Assembly (NCBI GenBank): GCA_024642365.1 | Contig: JAHEBE010000001.1 | Span: forward strand, 7,894-71,893 | DNA length: 64,000 nucleotides | DNA from: Algoriphagus sp. | Lineage (GTDB): Bacteria > Bacteroidota > Bacteroidia > Cytophagales > Cyclobacteriaceae | Direction of reading: 5' to 3' | In this document: piece after piece, positions 58,724-64,000 of the stretch | How the letters are laid out: every line of letters begins with the position of its first letter | Position numbering within the stretch: the stretch's first letter is position 1 | Position numbers and translations under genes: made by a program | The notes under the pieces: model-generated | Databases searched by the model: none | What the model was told of the DNA's origin: nothing | The model's input: only the letters and a program-made list of their open reading frames with translations

Positions 58724-60139
58724 TTAGGCTCCGGGATTTTCTCCCCGATACTGTGAGATGATCTTGTAAATCGCCTTTTGTTTTTTTAACTCAGGCATGA
58801 GGTTATACAGGATCGTATGTTTTTCGAAGTCCAAAGTTAACCCATTTTCTAAAAATGAAAACGCCTCCTTGTAATTACCCATTTTGATTTGGTAAACAAC
58901 CATGCGATAATAAAGCTCAGCTGCCTCAGGAAGCTCTTCGATTCCTTCATTGGTCACATCGATGGCCTCCTCAAACCTGTTCTGCTCAAAATAAATCAAG
59001 GAAAGATTCACATAGGTTTCAATGATTCCCGGCTCCAAATTGATCGCTTCTTCATAGGCTTCTGAACTTGCCTGCATATTTCCCAGGTTGAATTCAGCGT
59101 CAGCAAGGCCCACCCAATAGTTGGGGTTTTCCTTTGTGAGGTTCAATGCTTTTTTAAAATAGTGGATGGCTTCAAAAAACTTCTCTTTTTTAAGCATACA
59201 CATCCCTAGGCCAAACCAAGCATCATCGTACTCTTCGTCCAGTTTTGCGGATTTTTTAAAATATTTAAATGCTTCATCCAGCTTGCCAAGTTTTTCATAG
59301 GCTGCACCCATGTAGCAGCAGTTTTCAGCATTTACACCTTCACAATTAATGGTGTTTTGATAGGCCTCCAAAGCAAGTTCGAATTGCTCGGTATTCATCA
59401 AAGCATTGCCAAGATTGAAATAGGCAGAAGCAAATGCATCGTCGATCAGCAAGGCATATTCATATGCTTTTATCGCTTCTTCAAATCTCCCTAACCTATT
59501 GTAGACCACACCCAAATTATACCAGGCACCGGCACTGTAGGGGTCTTGATCAATAAACTCTTGGTAAAAATCCAATATTTCATCAAAGGAACCCTCTTCC
59601 TCAGTAATCATTGCCAATTGAAACAGGGCGTCCTCGTGATTAATTCGAAGTTTTACAGCTTCTTTGAAATAGTAACTTGCCTTGTCATTTTTGCTTTGAA
59701 TTCGATATAGATTTCCCAGCGAATAATAAACTTCCGCTTTATCTTCTGCCAAGGGTAAATAGCGTTCGAGCAAATCGATCCCCTCTTGATGAGAGCCCGC
59801 CAAAATGTGAGCATTGGCCAAAGCCAATATGATTTCCTCATTGTTTGGAGAGATGTTATTGATATTCTCCAAAATACTCATGCCTTCCTCAAGCTCATCA
59901 TTGAAGATCAAGCATTGGGCTTTAAGTAATTTAATTTCAACAGAGAAAGGGAATTTTTCTAAGCAATATTCAGAGGCTCTGAGGGCTTTAAGAAATTTTT
60001 GCTGATCGAAGTAAAAACGGATAATGTCTTCCAGTTCCTCTTCTTCAAAATACAGATCCAAATTGGATTTCAGGGAATTTTCAAATCGCTCGACAAGCTT
60101 TTTGTCGTTTTCCCAGTCATGCTCATGATCTCCTGTCAT
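58724..60139 (-). CDS. Cytoplasmic tetratricopeptide repeat protein
   Basis: Many AWYNLG/AYFNLG TPR repeats, no signal peptide. Confidence 0.9.
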   Translation of the reverse strand: MTGDHEHDWENDKKLVERFENSLKSNLDLYFEEEELEDIIRFYFDQQKFLKALRASEYCLEKFPFSVEIKLLKAQCLIFNDELEEGMSILENINNISPNNEEIILALANAHILAGSHQEGIDLLERYLPLAEDKAEVYYSLGNLYRIQSKNDKASYYFKEAVKLRINHEDALFQLAMITEEEGSFDEILDFYQEFIDQDPYSAGAWYNLGVVYNRLGRFEEAIKAYEYALLIDDAFASAYFNLGNALMNTEQFELALEAYQNTINCEGVNAENCCYMGAAYEKLGKLDEAFKYFKKSAKLDEEYDDAWFGLGMCMLKKEKFFEAIHYFKKALNLTKENPNYWVGLADAEFNLGNMQASSEAYEEAINLEPGIIETYVNLSLIYFEQNRFEEAIDVTNEGIEELPEAAELYYRMVVYQIKMGNYKEAFSFLENGLTLDFEKHTILYNLMPELKKQKAIYKIISQYRGENPGA

Positions 60140-60279
60140 TCGAATACATTAAGGTTTACATAAGTTACCAAATAATTTTTTCTGTCAAAATCTGGCCATG
60201 TTAAATTTTCTACTCTTTTTAAAAATTCCTTGTGATGGGAATTCCTAAAATCTGCTAACCCCAGCGGTTAAAAATAAGT

Positions 60280-61233
60280 TTACTTGGCCCAGTCAAAAGT
60301 TGACTCTAACTCTCTGTACTGAAAGGAAAGCTTTCCTTCTATTTTTTTATTGCTAAAAAATAAATTTTGCTGGGCAATTTTGGCCGTCTTTGAATTCAAA
60401 GGGCTTTTGCTTAAGCCGATTTTTCGAAGGAATTGATTGAAAAATACAACTATGCCGAGCAAACTTGAACTGATTGCTTTGGAAGGGGCAGGTTTTCCAA
60501 AAGCTTTTCCCATGGTTTGAAAAAAATCCTTGTAAGGCAGTGCCTCCCGGTTCAAAATAAACCGATCTCCCCAACATCCTTTTTCAAATAACTGTTTGGT
60601 TAAAGTTGCGGCATCTCTTGCATCGATGTAATTAATGGACCCAGTCGGATAGTAGCGGTTTTTTTCGATTAAGTAGTGGTAGATATCAGTGCTACTTCGA
60701 TCATCATCTACTTTCCCAAGAATTACTGATGGATTCACTACAATCAGGTTTAGCCCTTCTTGTTCGCCTCTCCAAGCCTCCAGCTCCCCATAATATTTGG
60801 AGTTGGCATAGGCGGAATTAAGTGGAGAGTCGATCCATTTAAAGTTCTCATCTACTTGAGATAACTCCGGACTCCTCCCAATTGCAGAAACTGAGCTAAT
60901 ATGGATTAACTGATTTACCCCCGCCAAGAGCATAGCATTAACCAGATTTGCTGTCCCTTTCACATTTGTTTGATAGAGAATTTTCTCATCCCGTTCATCA
61001 AAGGAAACTAATCCCGCTGCATGAATCACGAGATCCATTCCACTTAAAGCCTCCATAAGAAAATCTTGATCCATCAAGTCTCCTTCATACCAAGTCACAG
61101 GAAATTCAAATTTTTCGGTAAGTCTTTTGGATGAGTTGGGTCTAGCTAGCCCATGGATTTCACCAAGTGCAGCAAACTCATCCGCCAGATAACTTCCAAA
61201 TAATCCTGTAATGCCTGTAATGAAAATTTTCAT
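60280..61233 (-). CDS. NAD-dependent epimerase/dehydratase family (extended SDR)
   Basis: TGITGLFG, HAAG, HISS, YANSK catalytic motif. Confidence 0.9.
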   Translation of the reverse strand: MKIFITGITGLFGSYLADEFAALGEIHGLARPNSSKRLTEKFEFPVTWYEGDLMDQDFLMEALSGMDLVIHAAGLVSFDERDEKILYQTNVKGTANLVNAMLLAGVNQLIHISSVSAIGRSPELSQVDENFKWIDSPLNSAYANSKYYGELEAWRGEQEGLNLIVVNPSVILGKVDDDRSSTDIYHYLIEKNRYYPTGSINYIDARDAATLTKQLFEKGCWGDRFILNREALPYKDFFQTMGKAFGKPAPSKAISSSLLGIVVFFNQFLRKIGLSKSPLNSKTAKIAQQNLFFSNKKIEGKLSFQYRELESTFDWAK

Positions 61234-61244
61234 CTTTGGTTAGT

Positions 61245-61991
61245 TCAAAGCGTGGAATTCATCCAGGGAGTTTGCTTGATAGTGGAATAGGACTTTTGTT
61301 TTGTCAGCGTCTCAAGCATGTCTAGATAGCGCACATTGTGACAGTCCGTTCCAAAAAACTTTACCAAGTCACGCTCCAATAGACTTTCAGCAAAATCTTT
61401 GACAGGTTTTGAATAAAATCCAGTCAGTGAAAGCAAATTAATTTGGAAAATCACTCTTCGATCAATCAAATCCTCCAATAAGGACTTATCTGCTAATAGG
61501 TATTGGTATCGTTCCGGATGAGCTAAAATGGGACGATAACCGGCCATTTCAAGCTGAAAAATCGTTTCAAGCAGCATTTGAGGTTTTTGGATAAATCCCG
61601 TCTCAACCAAAATATAATTTTCTCCAAAGGTGAGTAACTGCTCTCCGGCCTTGATTTTTTCAAGAAAAATCTCATCCATGTAATACTCCGCTGCTGCTTC
61701 AATGTCTATCGAAATCCCTGCTTCTTTCACGGATTTTCGAAGGTCTTCAATACCCATATTGATTATCTCAGGAGTGTTTTTATAATACTCGGACATGACA
61801 TGCGGAGTAGTAATTATCTTGCGAAGACCATAATCTGAAAGTCGCTTGATGAGTTCAAGCGACTCCTCCATTGCCTTGGAACCATCGTCGATTCCCGGAA
61901 TCAAATGCGAGTGCATGTCCACTTCCATCCAACTCAAATCCAAGGGTTCTAACACCTCCGGCTTTCCTCTCAAAAAATCGAATAGTCCCAT
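61245..61991 (-). CDS. CpsB/CapC-like PHP tyrosine phosphatase
   Basis: DMHSHLIPGIDDGS, TTPH, AHPERY, GTDCH. Confidence 0.93.
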   Translation of the reverse strand: MGLFDFLRGKPEVLEPLDLSWMEVDMHSHLIPGIDDGSKAMEESLELIKRLSDYGLRKIITTPHVMSEYYKNTPEIINMGIEDLRKSVKEAGISIDIEAAAEYYMDEIFLEKIKAGEQLLTFGENYILVETGFIQKPQMLLETIFQLEMAGYRPILAHPERYQYLLADKSLLEDLIDRRVIFQINLLSLTGFYSKPVKDFAESLLERDLVKFFGTDCHNVRYLDMLETLTKQKSYSTIKQTPWMNSTL

Positions 61992-62542
61992 TATAATCCT
62001 CCCTCTGTTAATCTAAATTCATTCAGAGTCGGCCAATCCTGATCCTTCTCAGAAATTATTGGCAAACTGACTTTCCAATCGATCCCCAACTCTTGATCAT
62101 TCCATTGAATTCCACCTTCGCTTGCTTTATGGTAATAATTCGAACATTTGTAAACAAAAACTGCATCCTCCAATACTGAAAAACCATGGGCGAATCCATT
62201 GGGAACATACAGCAAATTACTTTTCTCACTGTCCAAAATCGTGGAGTAATATTTTCCGAAAGTCGGAGAACCTTTTCTCAAATCCACTGCTACATCTAAG
62301 ACCTTTCCTTGAATAACCCGAACCAATTTGGCTTGACTGAATTCACCCCTTTGAAAATGAAGTCCGCGAACTGTCCCGGCCGTAGAAAAGCTTTGATTAT
62401 CCTGAACCCAACCATGATTCAGCTCAGAGTCACCGAACCAATCATCTCGGTAAGATTCAAAGAAGTATCCTCTTTTGTCTAAAAACTTTTTTGGAAAAAT
62501 CTCCAAAACACCTGAAAGAGGTGTTTTAATTAGTTCAGCCAT
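61991..62542 (-). CDS. rfbC: dTDP-4-dehydrorhamnose 3,5-epimerase
   Basis: DKRGYFFESY, QDNQS, RGLHFQ, GFAHGF, YKCSNYY. Confidence 0.97.
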   Translation of the reverse strand: MAELIKTPLSGVLEIFPKKFLDKRGYFFESYRDDWFGDSELNHGWVQDNQSFSTAGTVRGLHFQRGEFSQAKLVRVIQGKVLDVAVDLRKGSPTFGKYYSTILDSEKSNLLYVPNGFAHGFSVLEDAVFVYKCSNYYHKASEGGIQWNDQELGIDWKVSLPIISEKDQDWPTLNEFRLTEGGL

Positions 62543-62744
62543 TTTATTAGCGATTGGAATTGGGTGTTAAGTAAGCAAAATAACTACCTCTGCCTTGACT
62601 ATCCTAACCAATTGTACTGAAATATGTCGAACTTTGCCCATATTCCTCAGCCAGTTAATCTATTTTAACGTGAATAAATCAGAGGAAATAAGGTCGAACC
62701 GAACCGTTTTGACCGCAATTGCATTAGAATAGAAAAGAACACAA

Positions 62745-64000
62745 ATGGGTAAATTTTCCAGAAAACTTCAAAAACTCCATGACACGGCCGTCAAACAACC
62801 AACGGCTGTCCTTGTAAGCATCATAAAGCAGTACCAAAGCGAAGTAGTCACTGAAGAGCATTTGGATGAATTAGCATTTCTCACGGAAACTTTGGGAGCA
62901 AAAACGGTCTATCGCTTTACCCAAAAAATGGAAAAGCCGGATATCAAAACTTTTGTAGGCTCCGGGAAACTGGAGGAAATTTTAGCTTACATTACCCATT
63001 TCGAGGTAGACATGGTCATTTTCGATGATGATCTTTCTCCATCTCAAATGAGGAATTTGGAGAATGAGCTAAAAGTAAAAATCTACGATCGCTCCCTATT
63101 AATTCTAGATATTTTTCTCAATCGTGCACAAACTGCACAGGCAAAAACCCAGGTAGAACTTGCACGGTTTCAATATCTCCTCCCAAGATTGACCCGAATG
63201 TGGACACACTTAGAGCGTCAGCGAGGTGGCACGACCACTCGAGGTGGATCGGGAGAAAAAGAAATCGAAACCGATAAAAGAGATATCCGAAATCGAATCT
63301 CACTCTTGAAAGAAAAATTACGAGAGATCGTTAAACAAGGCGAAACTCAGCGGAAAGGTCGAAAAGGAATTGTACGGGTTGCAGTAGTCGGCTACACCAA
63401 CGTAGGGAAAAGCACCCTGATGAACTTGATCACCAAGACAGATATTCTTGCTGAAAACAAACTCTTCGCAACTGTAGATTCCACCGTTCGCAAGGTCGTT
63501 TTGGAAAATGTTCCTTTCCTCCTCTCCGATACGGTTGGGTTTATCCGTAAACTTCCGACTCACTTGATTGAATCATTTAAGTCAACTTTGGATGAAATTC
63601 GTGAAGCTGATTTATTGGTTCATGTGGTAGATATCTCGCATCCACATTTCGAGGATCACATTGCCGTGGTGACACAAACTTTGAATGAAATAAAAGCCGG
63701 AGACAAACCTGTTTTATTGGTCTTTAATAAGATTGATTTGGTAGAAACCATGCCAAGTGAAGAAGAAAGTATGAAGATGACTGAGCTGGAATTGGAGGAA
63801 GCCAACTATTTGGATTTCGATTCTTTGTCTGAAGCCTATGAGAAAAAAACAGGAATTAAGCCGGTATTTATGGCTGCAGCCAGCGGCCTAAATGTAGAAG
63901 GATTTCGAACTGCGCTGATTTCAGAAGTAAAAAAACAACATCGAAAGATTTATCCCCACTATTTAGAAGATGAGGTAGTCACCTGGACTGAAGGAGAGGG
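62745..64000 (+). CDS. hflX: Ribosome-splitting GTPase HflX (3' truncated; absent from supplied ORF track)
   Basis: Translated by eye from ATG 62745: GSGKLEE, LILDIF, THLERQRGG, GYTNVGKST, DTVGFIRKLP, NKID; no stop before window end. Confidence 0.95.
   Translation, partial: MGKFSRKLQKLHDTAVKQPTAVLVSIIKQYQSEVVTEEHLDELAFLTETLGAKTVYRFTQKMEKPDIKTFVGSGKLEEILAYITHFEVDMVIFDDDLSPSQMRNLENELKVKIYDRSLLILDIFLNRAQTAQAKTQVELARFQYLLPRLTRMWTHLERQRGGTTTRGGSGEKEIETDKRDIRNRISLLKEKLREIVKQGETQRKGRKGIVRVAVVGYTNVGKSTLMNLITKTDILAENKLFATVDSTVRKVVLENVPFLLSDTVGFIRKLPTHLIESFKSTLDEIREADLLVHVVDISHPHFEDHIAVVTQTLNEIKAGDKPVLLVFNKIDLVETMPSEEESMKMTELELEEANYLDFDSLSEAYEKKTGIKPVFMAAASGLNVEGFRTALISEVKKQHRKIYPHYLEDEVVTWTEGE

Noticed and set aside
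62624-62668. 14-codon ATG ORF upstream of hflX
   Set aside because: Its start lies upstream of the likely -7 element, so it is probably not on the transcript
1-64000. Mobile elements, prophage, tRNA/rRNA, CRISPR, retron or DGR
   Set aside because: No integrase, transposase, reverse transcriptase, phage structural genes, tRNA cloverleaf or regular repeat array seen

Overview
An AT-rich, gene-dense stretch of core chromosome from a Bacteroidota bacterium. Gene order, protein style and TAnnTTTG promoters point to Cytophagales, probably Cyclobacteriaceae/Algoriphagus-like (inference). About 65 CDS are supported. They cover housekeeping genes (rlmH, rbfA, rpiB, tatC, glyA, rsmI, coaX, anmK, tag, alr, purU, aroE, rfbC, hflX, corA, wecB), an envelope operon (coaX-beta-barrel-TPR-lptC-CBS/hemolysin-ppiD), scattered polysaccharide genes (wzi-like, wcaJ-like, cpsB-like, methyltransferases), a lipoprotein/TonB-receptor pair and several peptidases. 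I see no rRNA, tRNA, CRISPR array, integrase, transposase, reverse transcriptase or prophage, and no unambiguous new system. The best leads are uncharacterised modules: (1) HupE/UreJ-like transporter + M1 peptidase + His-terminal secreted protein; (2) a TPR-comA (phosphosulfolactate synthase) unit in a non-methanogen, possibly feeding sulfonolipid cysteate; (3) a membrane protein with a GT-C glycosyltransferase-like loop motif; (4) a 58-aa protein ending in an RNR-like CxxCGS tail; (5) a non-SusD lipoprotein/TonB receptor pair; (6) a structured hflX leader with a uORF. All family calls come from motif recognition, not database searches.
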